A stretch of DNA of 64,000 bases from an uncultured Rhodospirillaceae bacterium (GTDB lineage Bacteria; Pseudomonadota; Alphaproteobacteria; Rhodospirillales; Defluviicoccaceae): positions 71,500-135,499 of the forward strand of contig CAZFBS010000003.1 of the NCBI GenBank assembly GCA_964517265.1, in the 5' to 3' direction. Each line of letters opens with the position of its first letter. Positions within the stretch are counted from its first letter, which is position 1. Under the pieces are notes generated by a model. That model saw nothing but the letters and a program-made list of their open reading frames with translations. It was not told the origin of the DNA and made no database searches. The position numbers and the translations under genes were made by a program. Shown here in pieces: positions 1 through 9,427 of this stretch.

Positions 1-806
1 GGCTGTTGGCCGCCTTCCCCGTCGCCTACGCGACTATCCTGCCGGCGCTGTACCTGCCGGTGCTGCTGATGCTGATCGCGCTGGTGTTTCGCGGCGTTGC
101 CTTCGAGTTCCGCTTTAAGACCGAGCGCCATCGTCCCGCGTGGAGCTGGTCTTTTCACCTAGGTTCTCTGCTCGCCGCCTTCTCTCAGGGACTGATTCTG
201 GGGGCTTTCATTACCGGCTTCGAGGTCGAAGGCAGGGATTTTGTCGGCGGCACCTTCGATTGGCTGACGCCGTTCAACATCGCGGTCGGTTTCGGCATGA
301 TTGCCGGCTACACGCTGCTTGGCTCCACCTGGATCATCATGAAAACGGAAGGGGCCTTGCAGGCGTGGGCGTATGGCATCGCCCGCAAGGCGCTGTTCGT
401 GGTGCTGGCATTCATCGCCCTTGTCAGCATCTGGACACCGCTGGTCCACCCCGACATTGCCGAACGCTGGTTCACGTTGCCGAACATCTTCTACCTCTCG
501 CCGGTGCCGATCATGACCGGCGTGACTGGCCTTGCTCTTTATATCGTGCTGCAGCGACGCAGGGAGGTGCTGCCGTTCCTGCTGTCGCTCGGGATCTTCA
601 CGTTGTCCTACATCGGGCTCGCGATCAGCCTGTGGCCGCATGTCGTGCCGCCGGATATCACCATTTGGGAGGCTGCCGCCGCGCCGAAGTCGCAGCTGTT
701 TCTTCTTGTCGGAGTGGCGATCGTGGTGCCGATCATCCTGATTTACACCGCGTACTCGTATTATGTGTTTCGCGGCAAGGTTCGTGAGGACGAAGGCTAC
801 CACTGA
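1..806 (+). CDS. cydB: cytochrome bd ubiquinol oxidase subunit II (C-terminal part, 5' end outside window)
   Basis: ORF is open to the window start. The translation is a multi-TM hydrophobic protein whose C-terminal region (YTAYSYYVFRGKV) is typical of CydB. Confidence 0.85.
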   Translation, partial: LLAAFPVAYATILPALYLPVLLMLIALVFRGVAFEFRFKTERHRPAWSWSFHLGSLLAAFSQGLILGAFITGFEVEGRDFVGGTFDWLTPFNIAVGFGMIAGYTLLGSTWIIMKTEGALQAWAYGIARKALFVVLAFIALVSIWTPLVHPDIAERWFTLPNIFYLSPVPIMTGVTGLALYIVLQRRREVLPFLLSLGIFTLSYIGLAISLWPHVVPPDITIWEAAAAPKSQLFLLVGVAIVVPIILIYTAYSYYVFRGKVREDEGYH

Positions 807-845
807 ACCACACCGGCGGATTGAAACGAGCGGTTGCCGGTAGCG

Positions 846-1691
846 CTACCGGCGCCGCGTCGAGCCCGCGTCACCCTGTCGCGCGATTGCCTCCAGCAGC
901 GCCGCCTCCATCACCGCCACGTCCGGCTCCAAGCCGGTGTAGAGAGCAAATTGGCACCCCGCCTGGTGGAGCTGCATGCGAATGCCGGGGATGGCGGTGC
1001 AACCGTGTGCTTTTGCCTTGCGTAGCAGCAGCGTCTCGACCGGTATCGGCACGGCGTCGAATACCACCATCCCGGCCTTCAACGCGGCTTCGGGGATCAG
1101 CATTTCTTCGGGGGCGCCAAAGCCGACCGGTGTTGCATGAGCCAGCACCTCATAGGGCGCGTGCTCGGCCAGTGCGGCCGGCGGACCACCGAAGCCGGCG
1201 CCCAGGGCCGTTGCGAACGCGCGCCCTGTATGCTCGCTGCGGTTGTAAACCATCACCTTGCAGCCTTGCCTGAGAAGGCCATAGACGATCGAGCGGGCGC
1301 CACCTCCGGCACCGACGACGGCCGCCCGCCGGCCCGCGAGGGGACCATGCTCCTCGAGTGCTCGGATCGCGCCGATCCAGTCCACGTTGTGCCCGGTGAG
1401 CCGGCCACCGTCATTGACCACCGTGTTGACCGCACCGATCGCTCGCGCGGTGGGCTCGACGAAGTCGAGGTGCTCCATGATCCGGATCTTGTGCGGCATC
1501 GTCACGCCCAGGCCGCGAATGCCAAGCGCCCGCACGGCGGCCACGGCGCCGGCGGTATCCTCCGTGCCGAACGCGACATAAACGAAATCCAGGCCCATCG
1601 CGCGGTACGCGGCGGTGTGCATCGCGACGCCGAAGCGGCCGGGGCGTGCGGCGATGGATCCGCACAAGGTGGGACTGCTGGTTGGCATCAA
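846..1691 (-). CDS. aroE: shikimate 5-dehydrogenase family protein
   Basis: 281-aa ORF with GVTMPHK and IGAVNT motifs plus a VVGAGGGAR Rossmann motif, as in AroE-type enzymes. Confidence 0.8.
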   Translation of the reverse strand: MMPTSSPTLCGSIAARPGRFGVAMHTAAYRAMGLDFVYVAFGTEDTAGAVAAVRALGIRGLGVTMPHKIRIMEHLDFVEPTARAIGAVNTVVNDGGRLTGHNVDWIGAIRALEEHGPLAGRRAAVVGAGGGARSIVYGLLRQGCKVMVYNRSEHTGRAFATALGAGFGGPPAALAEHAPYEVLAHATPVGFGAPEEMLIPEAALKAGMVVFDAVPIPVETLLLRKAKAHGCTAIPGIRMQLHQAGCQFALYTGLEPDVAVMEAALLEAIARQGDAGSTRRR

Positions 1692-1838
1692 GGGCTCCGC
1701 CGCTTCCGCACGTGAGAAGGCGCCTACTATCTCAGCCGGCCAGGCGATTCACAATGCCCGCCGCCGCCGTCTGTTGTCTCGCCCCCTGGTGTCTTACCTC
1801 TTGTTGTTTTGAAGGCGGCAATGGGGGAAGGTTGTCCG

Positions 1839-2789
1839 ATGAACGTTCTTTGCGTGACGCCAAACGTCTCGATCGACCGCACCCTTGAGGTACCCGGTTT
1901 CACCGCGGGCGGAGTGTGGCGGGCGGAGACCGTCGATATTCGATGTGGCGGCAAAGGCGTCAATGTGGCCCGTGCGCTCCTCGCGCTCGGCCAGCACGCA
2001 AGCTGTTCCGGCATCGTCGGCGGACATACCGGCCGGCTCGCCGCGGCATCCGCGGCTGCCGAGGGCCTTCAGGCCGCCTGGACTTGGACCGATCATGAAT
2101 CGCGGACGTGCGTCATCATTGTCGGTGCCGGTGGCGCGGCGAGCGTGATCAACGAGCCCGGGCCGGCCATTTCGGCCGGTGATTGGAACCGCTTTCTTGC
2201 CGACGCCGCTCTCGCCTCCGCGAGCGCGGACGCCGTTGCCATCAGCGGCAGCTTTCCGCCCCGGACGCCCGAGGGCGGACTGCGCGCTCTGATCGCTCGG
2301 GTGGGGCGTGAGGGGTGCCCGGTGTGGGTCGACTGCAGCGGGGACGTCCTCGCGGAACTGGTGGCGGGCGCGCCGCCGGCGTGTCTGGCCGGGATCAAGA
2401 TCAACGATGAGGAGGCTGCCGGCCTCGTCGGCGAGCCGATCATCTCGGCGCAGACGGCGGTAATCGCGGCCGAGACTCTCCGCCGGCGCGGACCTCACAC
2501 CATAGTCATCACGATGGGTGCGGACGGTGCCGTTCTCGTCAGCGAGGGCAGGCGGCTGTGGGCACGGCCGCCGGCCATTTCGGCAGCCAGCGCGGTCGGC
2601 TCTGGGGACTGCTTCCTGGCCGGTTTGATCGCGGGTTGGCACGAGTGCGGCTCGGACGAGGATGCGTTGCTGCTGGCGACGGCTGCCGGCGCCGCCAATG
2701 CTCTCGGTACGACGGTCGGACTCTCGACTGCCGATGTGGCTCGTCTGCTTGCCGAGACGACATTGACGGCGGTAAGCGGGGCGGCCTGA
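1839..2789 (+). CDS. PfkB-family sugar/sugar-phosphate kinase (1-phosphofructokinase-like)
   Basis: N-terminus NPSIDRT-like (TPNVSIDRT), a GGKGVNVAR motif and a C-terminal GSGDCFLAG anion-hole motif. Start moved to the ATG at 1839, preceded by GGAAGG. Confidence 0.75.
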   Translation: MNVLCVTPNVSIDRTLEVPGFTAGGVWRAETVDIRCGGKGVNVARALLALGQHASCSGIVGGHTGRLAAASAAAEGLQAAWTWTDHESRTCVIIVGAGGAASVINEPGPAISAGDWNRFLADAALASASADAVAISGSFPPRTPEGGLRALIARVGREGCPVWVDCSGDVLAELVAGAPPACLAGIKINDEEAAGLVGEPIISAQTAVIAAETLRRRGPHTIVITMGADGAVLVSEGRRLWARPPAISAASAVGSGDCFLAGLIAGWHECGSDEDALLLATAAGAANALGTTVGLSTADVARLLAETTLTAVSGAA

Positions 2790-2864
2790 GACGCGATCCT
2801 GTCGCGCGGCTGGCTGTCCTCTCCTTGAGAGAAGGCAAAACCGACGAAGCAGTCTGAAAAGGGC

Positions 2865-2895
2865 GAGCAACCTGCGCCCAAAGCAGGTTGTGCTC
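2865..2895 (-). terminator. candidate hairpin terminator downstream of nrdJ (between convergent pfkB-like and nrdJ)
   Basis: Imperfect inverted repeat gagcaacctgc...gcaggttgtgctc. On the minus strand it is followed a few nt later by a TTTT run (plus-strand gaaaaggg). Confidence 0.4.
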
Positions 2896-2937
2896 ACCTT
2901 GCAGACGTGCCCGAAGAAGTGTGCCTTCCGCTCTTGG

Positions 2938-5900
2938 TCACGAGCAGCCGGTGGTGGCGCCGCAGGTGACGCACTTCAGGCAGGTGCCGTTGCGCACTAG
3001 CGTGAAGTTGCCGCATTCGCTGCAGGAATCGCCTTCATAGCCGAGCATCTTCGCCGAGTGGGCGAGATGATGCTGACTCGCCAACGCCTCCGCGAAGCCT
3101 GCGGTCCGCTCGCCGCCGGGCCCCGATTCGAAGCCGGCTGCCCACGCCGTTTCGCCGACGGCCTCGACCGCAACGGCACCCGCCGCGCCAGGGCTTTGGC
3201 CGGGTCCCATCTCCCCCGGGTCGGCTTGCCCGCTGTCCGCCGGAGATGTCTTCGCGCCGCTGTAGACCCTGAAGCGGTTACGGACATAGCCGTTGCTGGT
3301 CAGCCGGCGAACGAACGGAATCGGATCTTCCTCGCTGTCCTTGGACAACAGCCCGCCGCTGGCGCCGCGGCCGAGGCCGTCCGGCTCCAGGTCCTTTGGC
3401 TCGACGTGGGCGAGGTCATAGCGGCCGAGGTAGGAGACCGCCAGCTCGCGGAACATGTAATCAACGATCGAGGTCGCCATTTTGATCGTCTCGTTGCCTT
3501 CGACGATGCCGGATGGCTCGAACCGGGTGAAGGTGAAGGCCTCGACGAACTCCTCCAGCGGCACGCCGTATTGCAGGCCGATCGAGATCGCGATCGCGAA
3601 GTTGTTCATCAGGCTGCGGAAGGCGGCCCCTTCCTTGTGCATGTCGATGAAGATTTCGCCAAGGCGGCCATCCTCGTATTCGCCTGTGCGCAGATAGATC
3701 TTGTGCCCGCCCACCGTCGCTTTCTGCGTGTAGCCCTTGCGCCGGCTGGGCAGGCTGGCGCGCTCCGGCTTGGCAGCGACCGTCACGATCCGCTCGACGA
3801 TGCGCTCGCTGACGATCTCGGCGCGACGCGTGGCCGGCTGCTCGGCGAGTTCTTCGGCAAGTTCCGCCGCATCGGCGGGATCGAGCAGGGAGGCCGCCAG
3901 CGGCTGCGAGAGCTTCGAGCCGTCGCGATAGAGCGCCGTCGCCTTCAATCCCAGTTGCCACGACATCAGGTAGGCCTTCGTGCAGTCCTCGATGGTGGCG
4001 GTGTGCGGCATGTTGATTGTCTTGGAAATCGCGCCGCTGATGAACGGCTGCGAAGCGGCCATCATCCGGATGTGGCTCTCGACCGACAGGAAGCGGCGAC
4101 CGGTGCGCCCGCAGGGGCTCGCGCAGTCGAATACCGGCAGATGCTCGTCCCGAAGAAAAGGAGCCCCCTCCAGCGTCATTGCCCCGCACGCGAAGGTGTT
4201 GGCCGCCTCGATGTCGTCGGCGCTGAAGCCGAGGGCGGAGAGCATGCAAAATCCGGGCGTATCGAGGGCGCTGACAGGAAGCTTCAGATGCGTCGCGCAG
4301 AAGTCCTCCCCCAAGGTCCACTTGTTGAAGACGAAGCGGATGTCGAAGGCATCGGCGACGGCGCGCTCAACCATCTCCAGAACAGCCGGAGTGAACCCCT
4401 TCGCCGTCAGCGTCTCGTGATTGATGCGGGGGGCGCCGCGCAGACTGCGATTGCCTTCGGCATAGCGAATGATCGACTGGATCTGCGCAGGAGCGTATCC
4501 GAGCCGGGCCAGGGCGGCCGGCACCGTCCGGTTGATGATCTTGAAGTAGCCACCGCCGGCCAGCTTCTTGAACTTGACGAGGGCGAAATCGGGCTCGATG
4601 CCGGTGGTATCGCAGTCCATCACCAGTCCGATGGTGCCGGTGGGCGCGACGACCGTCGCCTGCGCATTGCGAAAGCCGTGCATCTCGCCGAGGGTGAGCG
4701 CCTGATCCCAGGCCTCGCGCGCAGCGGCTGCAAGGGCAGGATCGGGACTTGCGTCATGGCTCAGCGGCTGAGGCGGAACCGAGAGGTTTTCGTAGCCGGC
4801 GCTGTCGCCATGGGCTGCCCGCCGATGATTGCGGATGACCCGGAGCATCGCCTCGCGGTTCTCCGCAAAGCGCGGAAACGGCCCTTTCCGCGCTGCGATT
4901 TCCGCGGAAGTGGCATACGCAATTCCGGACATCAGCGCCGAGATCGCGGCACAGGTGCTGCGCCCCGCTTCCGAATCATAGGGGAGCCCCGCGCTCATCA
5001 GGTATCCCCCGATGTTGGCGAAACCGAGACCGAGGGTGCGAAACGCGTAGGACAGCTCGGCGATTCGCCGGGCCGGAAACTGCGCCATCATCACCGAGAT
5101 TTCGAGCACCAGTGTCCACAGCCGGACGGCATGCTCGAACGCCGGCACGTTGAACGTGCCGTCCTCGCGCTGGAACGCGAGCAAATTGAGCGAGGCGAGG
5201 TTGCAGGCGGTATCGTCGAGGAACATGTACTCCGAGCACGGATTGGAGGCGTTGATCCGCCCACTCTCCGGGCAGGTGTGCCATTCGTTGATCGTGGTAT
5301 CGAATTGCAGGCCAGGGTCGGCACAGGCCCAAGCGGCGGCCGAGATCTGGTCCCACAGTTGCCGGGCCGGGATGCGCTTGGCCACCTCGCCATCGGTTCG
5401 CCGGATCAGGGCCCAGTCCTGGTCGGCCAGCATCCGCTCAAGAAATGCGTTGGTGACGCGCACGCTGTTGTTCGCGTTCTGCCCGGAGACGGTCAAGTAG
5501 GCTTCCGACTCCCAGTCGGTGTCGAACACCGGAAACGAGATGTCGGTGACGCCTTGGCGCGCGAGCGCAACCACCCGCTGGATATAGTTCTCCGGGATCA
5601 GTGCACGGCGGCAGCCGGCGATCGCCTCCTTCAGCGCGCGGTTGCGCCTCGGATCCAGCGCAGCGTCCGGATCGTCCTCGCCGCCCTCACGTTGGGTGCC
5701 CTCGCGGCATGCCGCCATCACCGCGGCCAGATGCTTGTTGGCGAGGCGGGAGCCGGCCACCAGCGCGGCGACCTTCTGCTCCTCCCGCACCTTCCAGTTG
5801 ACGAAGTCCTCGATATCGGGGTGGTCCACATCCACCACCACCATCTTGGCGGCGCGCCGAGTGGTGCCGCCCGATTTGATGGCCCCGGCCGCCCGGTCGC

Positions 5901-6681
5901 CAATCTTGAGAAAGCTCATCAGCCCGGAGGACCGGCCGCCGCCGGAGAGCGGCTCCGCCGCGCCGCGCAACCGGGAGAAGTTGGTCCCGGTGCCCGAGCC
6001 GTACTTGAACAGGCGCGCCTCGCGAACCCAGAGGTCCATGATGCCGCCTTCGTTGACCAGATCGTCGGCGATCCCCTGAATGAAACAGGCGTGCGGCTGG
6101 GGATGCTCATAGGCGGAGCGCGACGACACGACCGTTCCGCTGGCGTCGTCGACATAGAAGTGCCCCTGGGCAGGACCGTCGATCCCGTAGGCCCAGTGCA
6201 GGCCAGTGTTGAACCACTGCGGCGAATTCGGAGCGCCCATCTGGGCGCACAACATGTAGCGCATCTCGTCGAAGAAGGCCCGCGCGTCGGACTCCTCCGA
6301 GAAATAGCCGCCCTTCCAGCCCCAATAGGTCCAGGCCCCGGCGAGGCGATCGAAAACCTCTTCGGCGCTGGTTTCTCCGCGATACCGACTGGGCTCCGGC
6401 CGGCTCGCAAGCGCATCCTTATCGGCCTGGCGGCGCTGCAGCCACTCCGGAACCCCGGACTCGGGAACGGCAACGCATACGCCCGGAACGCCCGCCTTGC
6501 GGAAGTATTTTTGTGCGAGAACATCGCAGGCGACCTGCGACCAGTGAGCCGGGACGCGGATTCCGTCCTGACGGAACACCGTCGATCCGTCGGGATTGCG
6601 GATTTCGCTGACGGTCTCGCGCCACTCGAAAGCGCGGTAGGGGGACACGCCTGCTTTGCTGAAAAACCGCTCGATCCGCAT
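2938..6681 (-). CDS. nrdJ: vitamin B12-dependent (class II) ribonucleotide reductase
   Basis: 1247-aa ORF. The N-terminus [15 protein letters not shown]...SEIRNPDGS...[20 protein letters not shown] is typical of long alphaproteobacterial NrdJ. It ends in a cysteine-rich tail ([22 protein letters not shown]). GAGGAG Shine-Dalgarno lies upstream. Confidence 0.95.
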   Translation of the reverse strand: MRIERFFSKAGVSPYRAFEWRETVSEIRNPDGSTVFRQDGIRVPAHWSQVACDVLAQKYFRKAGVPGVCVAVPESGVPEWLQRRQADKDALASRPEPSRYRGETSAEEVFDRLAGAWTYWGWKGGYFSEESDARAFFDEMRYMLCAQMGAPNSPQWFNTGLHWAYGIDGPAQGHFYVDDASGTVVSSRSAYEHPQPHACFIQGIADDLVNEGGIMDLWVREARLFKYGSGTGTNFSRLRGAAEPLSGGGRSSGLMSFLKIGDRAAGAIKSGGTTRRAAKMVVVDVDHPDIEDFVNWKVREEQKVAALVAGSRLANKHLAAVMAACREGTQREGGEDDPDAALDPRRNRALKEAIAGCRRALIPENYIQRVVALARQGVTDISFPVFDTDWESEAYLTVSGQNANNSVRVTNAFLERMLADQDWALIRRTDGEVAKRIPARQLWDQISAAAWACADPGLQFDTTINEWHTCPESGRINASNPCSEYMFLDDTACNLASLNLLAFQREDGTFNVPAFEHAVRLWTLVLEISVMMAQFPARRIAELSYAFRTLGLGFANIGGYLMSAGLPYDSEAGRSTCAAISALMSGIAYATSAEIAARKGPFPRFAENREAMLRVIRNHRRAAHGDSAGYENLSVPPQPLSHDASPDPALAAAAREAWDQALTLGEMHGFRNAQATVVAPTGTIGLVMDCDTTGIEPDFALVKFKKLAGGGYFKIINRTVPAALARLGYAPAQIQSIIRYAEGNRSLRGAPRINHETLTAKGFTPAVLEMVERAVADAFDIRFVFNKWTLGEDFCATHLKLPVSALDTPGFCMLSALGFSADDIEAANTFACGAMTLEGAPFLRDEHLPVFDCASPCGRTGRRFLSVESHIRMMAASQPFISGAISKTINMPHTATIEDCTKAYLMSWQLGLKATALYRDGSKLSQPLAASLLDPADAAELAEELAEQPATRRAEIVSERIVERIVTVAAKPERASLPSRRKGYTQKATVGGHKIYLRTGEYEDGRLGEIFIDMHKEGAAFRSLMNNFAIAISIGLQYGVPLEEFVEAFTFTRFEPSGIVEGNETIKMATSIVDYMFRELAVSYLGRYDLAHVEPKDLEPDGLGRGASGGLLSKDSEEDPIPFVRRLTSNGYVRNRFRVYSGAKTSPADSGQADPGEMGPGQSPGAAGAVAVEAVGETAWAAGFESGPGGERTAGFAEALASQHHLAHSAKMLGYEGDSCSECGNFTLVRNGTCLKCVTCGATTGCS

Positions 6682-6689
6682 GATGTCCG

Positions 6690-6736
6690 ATCTCCTCTAT
6701 AGTGATCGGAGGGGAGGCTAACACAATATATAGTGA
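6690..6736 (-). promoter_or_regulatory. two NrdR-box-like sites in the nrdJ promoter/leader
   Basis: 6721-6736 acacaatatatagtga matches the NrdR-box consensus acaCwAtATaTwGtgt at 15/16 positions. On the nrdJ strand it contains TATATT, a -10-like hexamer. A second half-conserved copy (tatagtga, 6698-6705) lies 31 bp away, about three helical turns, the spacing reported for tandem NrdR boxes. Confidence 0.6.
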
Positions 6737-6750
6737 TGGCTGCTACATAC

Positions 6751-6801
6751 TGGGGATAAAATGAGATATTCTGTGGATAAAGCACCATATATGGTGGATA
6801 A
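6751..6801 (-). promoter_or_regulatory. array of three DnaA boxes, same orientation, 21-bp phasing
   Basis: tggggataa (6751-6759), tgtggataa (6772-6780, perfect complement of TTATCCACA) and ggtggataa (6793-6801). The starts are exactly 21 bp apart. The array sits just upstream of the putative nrdJ promoter. Confidence 0.6.
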
Positions 6802-7204
6802 GCGTAGCTCAAGCGTCTTGATGGGGCGATACGGTCGTGCTGCGGTGGCGATAATGCCAGAACGCGGCGAGAGACGGGAGAAAACAAGACAGGCACGAGG
6901 GCGAGGCATTAGCAAGTTCGTATGGTGAGGTATAAAACAATTCCTAGTGAGAGAAGCCGTAACCGAGTGGAGCGACAAACAATCGCCGCTCCTGCCCCGT
7001 GGTGTAAACTTACATGAGGAACGGTATCAATAATTTTAGCAGCGAAAAAAGCTCCTGAAATGCCATGTTGACATGAATTTCAAGATAGATTTCCATGCTT
7101 GTCTCTAACGCCATCTGTTTCCTCTTAGTTGTGTTCATTGAGTTCTCGGCCGTGTTGGCAGCCCGGGAAGTCAAGTGAGAGATACATACATACACCACAT
7201 GTAG

Positions 7205-7243
7205 TGTGGATAAGCGAAAAAAAATCCGATTTGTTGCGGATAA
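7205..7243 (-). promoter_or_regulatory. two further DnaA boxes, same orientation as the proximal array
   Basis: tgtggataa (7205-7213, perfect) and tgcggataa (7235-7243, 8/9), 30 bp apart. They flank an A8 run at the far edge of the AT-rich intergenic region. Confidence 0.5.
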
Positions 7244-7483
7244 CGCAGAATGTGGTGCCTTGATAAAGCGATACGCGGGTCCTTCCTCGAGGGTGCGAAA
7301 GGCCATCGCCGCGGGAGCGCGCACGAGATGAAGAGGCGGTCGAATCATCGGCACGGCGAAAGCGTCTTGTGCTGGACGCTCAGAATCGGGAATGCCATAG
7401 TGCCGCCGCTCTTTGCGCCCGCTACCAGGCGCCAAGGGCGGATCTTGCGTTCCTTGAATTTGGCGATGACGGGCGAGCAGGCG

Positions 7484-7837
7484 ATGGATCTCGGCACAAC
7501 ATTGTTTACATGGCTGCGTGGCCAGCTGGTTGGCACCGACGCGTTCGGCAACCGGTATTACCGCAACCGGCGGCTGAAGCGGTACGGTCGCGAGCGCCGC
7601 TGGGTCATGTACAAGGGCGAGCCGGAAGCGAGCAAGGTTCCCCCGGAATGGCATGCGTGGCTCCATCACATGGTGGAGGAGCCGCTGACGGATGGGGTCA
7701 AGCGCTGGCCTTGGCAAAAGGAGCACGTGCCCAATCTCAGCGGGACTCCTTATGCCTACCGGCCGAAAGGGCATGCGCTGCGCGGGGGCAAGCGCCCCCA
7801 CGCCACCGGCGATTACGAGCCGTGGACGCCGGAGTGA
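7484..7837 (+). CDS. NADH:ubiquinone oxidoreductase subunit NDUFA12-like protein
   Basis: FGNRYYRNR...RRWVMYKG..EASKVPPEWHAWLHH motifs are typical of bacterial NDUFA12 homologues. Start set to the ATG at 7484 (MDLGTTLFTW); the ATG at 7466 is an alternative. Confidence 0.85.
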   Translation: MDLGTTLFTWLRGQLVGTDAFGNRYYRNRRLKRYGRERRWVMYKGEPEASKVPPEWHAWLHHMVEEPLTDGVKRWPWQKEHVPNLSGTPYAYRPKGHALRGGKRPHATGDYEPWTPE

Positions 7838-7916
7838 CGGGTTTTCGCCGCCACAGCCGGATCGGCCGCCCGCCGTTTCGTTTTACAGGACATATCGGCT
7901 CCCGCGAGGGAAGATC

Positions 7917-8408
7917 GTGAAGCGCAGCGAAACCCGGGAGATCGTGATCGGCGCTGCCGCCGTGGCCTGTTTCGCAGCACTTCTCGCCGTGTCATACGGT
8001 GGCCGCGCCCTTGTCGGTGGCGGCGACTTCAGCGGGTATCGGCTCCACGTCCATTTCAACCGGGTTGACGGGCTGAGCGAAGAAGCGCCGGTTTACCTCT
8101 CCGGGATCGAAGTCGGCCGGGTCCAGCAGATGGCGCTCACGGAGAACAACCGGGCCCGCGTCACGCTTTGGATCAGGCCCGGAATCGCGCTTCCGCAGGA
8201 CACCTCGGCCGCCATTCATACGGATGGGCTGTTCGGCGCGAAATTCATGGCTCTTGATCCCGGAGGTGCGGAAGCGATTTTGGAGGATGGAGACACGATC
8301 ACCTTCTCGCAGGATGCCTTGATCGTGAGCCAGTTGCTCGAGCTGATCATTGCTCAGGGGAAAGCGGCGCGATCGCAGGTCGATCCTGAGGAGACGAGAG
8401 GGAATTAG
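7917..8408 (+). CDS. mlaD: MlaD-family (MCE domain) lipid-asymmetry protein, copy 1
   Basis: N-terminal TM helix followed by an MCE-like domain (VHFNRVDGLSEEAPVYLSGIEVGRV). GTG start at 7917 is preceded by GAGGGAAG. The start is provisional. Confidence 0.75.
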   Translation: MKRSETREIVIGAAAVACFAALLAVSYGGRALVGGGDFSGYRLHVHFNRVDGLSEEAPVYLSGIEVGRVQQMALTENNRARVTLWIRPGIALPQDTSAAIHTDGLFGAKFMALDPGGAEAILEDGDTITFSQDALIVSQLLELIIAQGKAARSQVDPEETRGN

Positions 8409-8410
8409 CA

Positions 8411-8941
8411 GTGCGCAGGCACATGATCGAGTCGGTGATGGGGGCGGTGGTATTGACCGTGGCTGCCGTCTTTGTTTACTTCGCCTATATGATGGCCGGG
8501 ATCGGGATGTCTCCGGGCTATACGGTGACCGCCACGTTTTTCAAGATCGGCGGGCTTTCCGCCGGCAGCGATGTGCAGATCAGCGGGGTCAAGGTCGGCA
8601 CGGTGTCCAAGACCACGCTTGATCCCGCGACGTACGAGGCCGTCGTCACGCTGAGCATCAACGAAGGCGTTCGGCTGCCGGACGATACGGTCGCATCGAT
8701 CGACAGCCAGGGGATCCTCGGGGGCAAGTACGTCCGCCTTGAGCCGGGACAGGCGACAACGCATATCGAGCCGGGCGGCCAAATTACCGACACCCGGGCG
8801 TACCGGTCTTTGGAAGACCAAGTCGGCGAAATCATTTTTCTTGCAACCTCGCCGGGCGGGCCGCAGCCTGGAAGTGCGCAAGGGCCGGACGCGCCGGATG
8901 CCGCTCCGGCGTTCGCCCCGACGCTTGGGACGGATCCGTGA
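8411..8941 (+). CDS. mlaD: MlaD-family (MCE domain) lipid-asymmetry protein, copy 2
   Basis: TM helix plus MCE domain (ATFFKIGGLSAGSDVQISGVKVGTV...ILGGKYVRLEPG). GTG start lies 3 nt after the copy 1 stop. Pro/Ala-rich C-terminal tail. Confidence 0.8.
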   Translation: MRRHMIESVMGAVVLTVAAVFVYFAYMMAGIGMSPGYTVTATFFKIGGLSAGSDVQISGVKVGTVSKTTLDPATYEAVVTLSINEGVRLPDDTVASIDSQGILGGKYVRLEPGQATTHIEPGGQITDTRAYRSLEDQVGEIIFLATSPGGPQPGSAQGPDAPDAAPAFAPTLGTDP

Positions 8942-8986
8942 TCAGGAATGCGGTGGCCGCGGGGTTAGCGCGAGAAGGAGCGAACG

Positions 8987-9427
8987 ATGATGCGAGTTGA
9001 GCGGGTGAGCGGCCTTGCCAAGCGAGGATTCGCAGCAAGCGCAGGCATGCTCGCCGCCATGCTGCTTGGCAGTCCTGCCGCGGCCGAACCCCATGACGTC
9101 ACGCTGCTTCGCGCCCTTGACAAGGTGACCGCCCGGGTTTCGACGATCGAGGCGCCGATCGGCGAGCCGGTCACCTTCGGCACGCTGAGGATTGTCGCAC
9201 GGGTATGCGACAAGCGGCCACCGGAAGAGCTTCCGGAATCAGCGACGTTCCTCCAGATCGAGGAGAGCCGCCCGAACGAAGTTCCGAGCCTGGTCTTCCG
9301 CGGCTGGATGTTCGCATCGAGTCCGGCGGTGTCCGCAATGGATCATCCGGTTTACGATATCTGGGTGCTGGACTGCACCAACAGCGCCTCGAGCGCAGAA
9401 TCGATGGACGGCGAGTCCTCCGGATGA
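8987..9427 (+). CDS. DUF2155 domain-containing periplasmic protein
   Basis: Signal-peptide-like N-terminus, then LRALDKVTARV...FGTLRI..R.C.KRPP.E.PE..AFL and a C-terminal HPVYDIWVLDC, typical of DUF2155. Strong GAAGGAG Shine-Dalgarno. The position next to mlaD and aat is conserved in Alphaproteobacteria. Confidence 0.75.
   Translation: MMRVERVSGLAKRGFAASAGMLAAMLLGSPAAAEPHDVTLLRALDKVTARVSTIEAPIGEPVTFGTLRIVARVCDKRPPEELPESATFLQIEESRPNEVPSLVFRGWMFASSPAVSAMDHPVYDIWVLDCTNSASSAESMDGESSG

Noticed and set aside
3058-6702. 1214-aa plus-strand ORF
   Set aside because: It is the antisense shadow of nrdJ. It is Arg/Gly/Ala-rich with no recognisable domains. Long stop-free antisense frames are expected in high-GC DNA.
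6682-7000. Possible cobalamin riboswitch in the nrdJ leader
   Set aside because: I could not find a B12-box or the conserved cobalamin-riboswitch core on the nrdJ strand. NrdJ uses B12 as a cofactor, so B12-mediated repression would not be expected. The NrdR and DnaA motifs explain the proximal part better.
6682-7483. Firm call of this region as the chromosomal oriC
   Set aside because: No dnaA, dnaN, parAB, gidAB or hemE lies nearby. I saw no CtrA-type TTAA-N7-TTAA sites. GC skew cannot be judged from one window. It is kept as a hypothesis in the findings, not annotated as an origin.
7010-7801. 263-aa minus-strand ORF crossing the AT-rich spacer and the NDUFA12-like gene; also a 43-aa ATG ORF within its 3' end (about 7010-7140)
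   Set aside because: The upstream two-thirds are antisense to a well-supported gene. The AT-rich 3' part has no ribosome-binding site or recognisable family. I treat it as non-coding, possibly DNA-unwinding or regulatory sequence.
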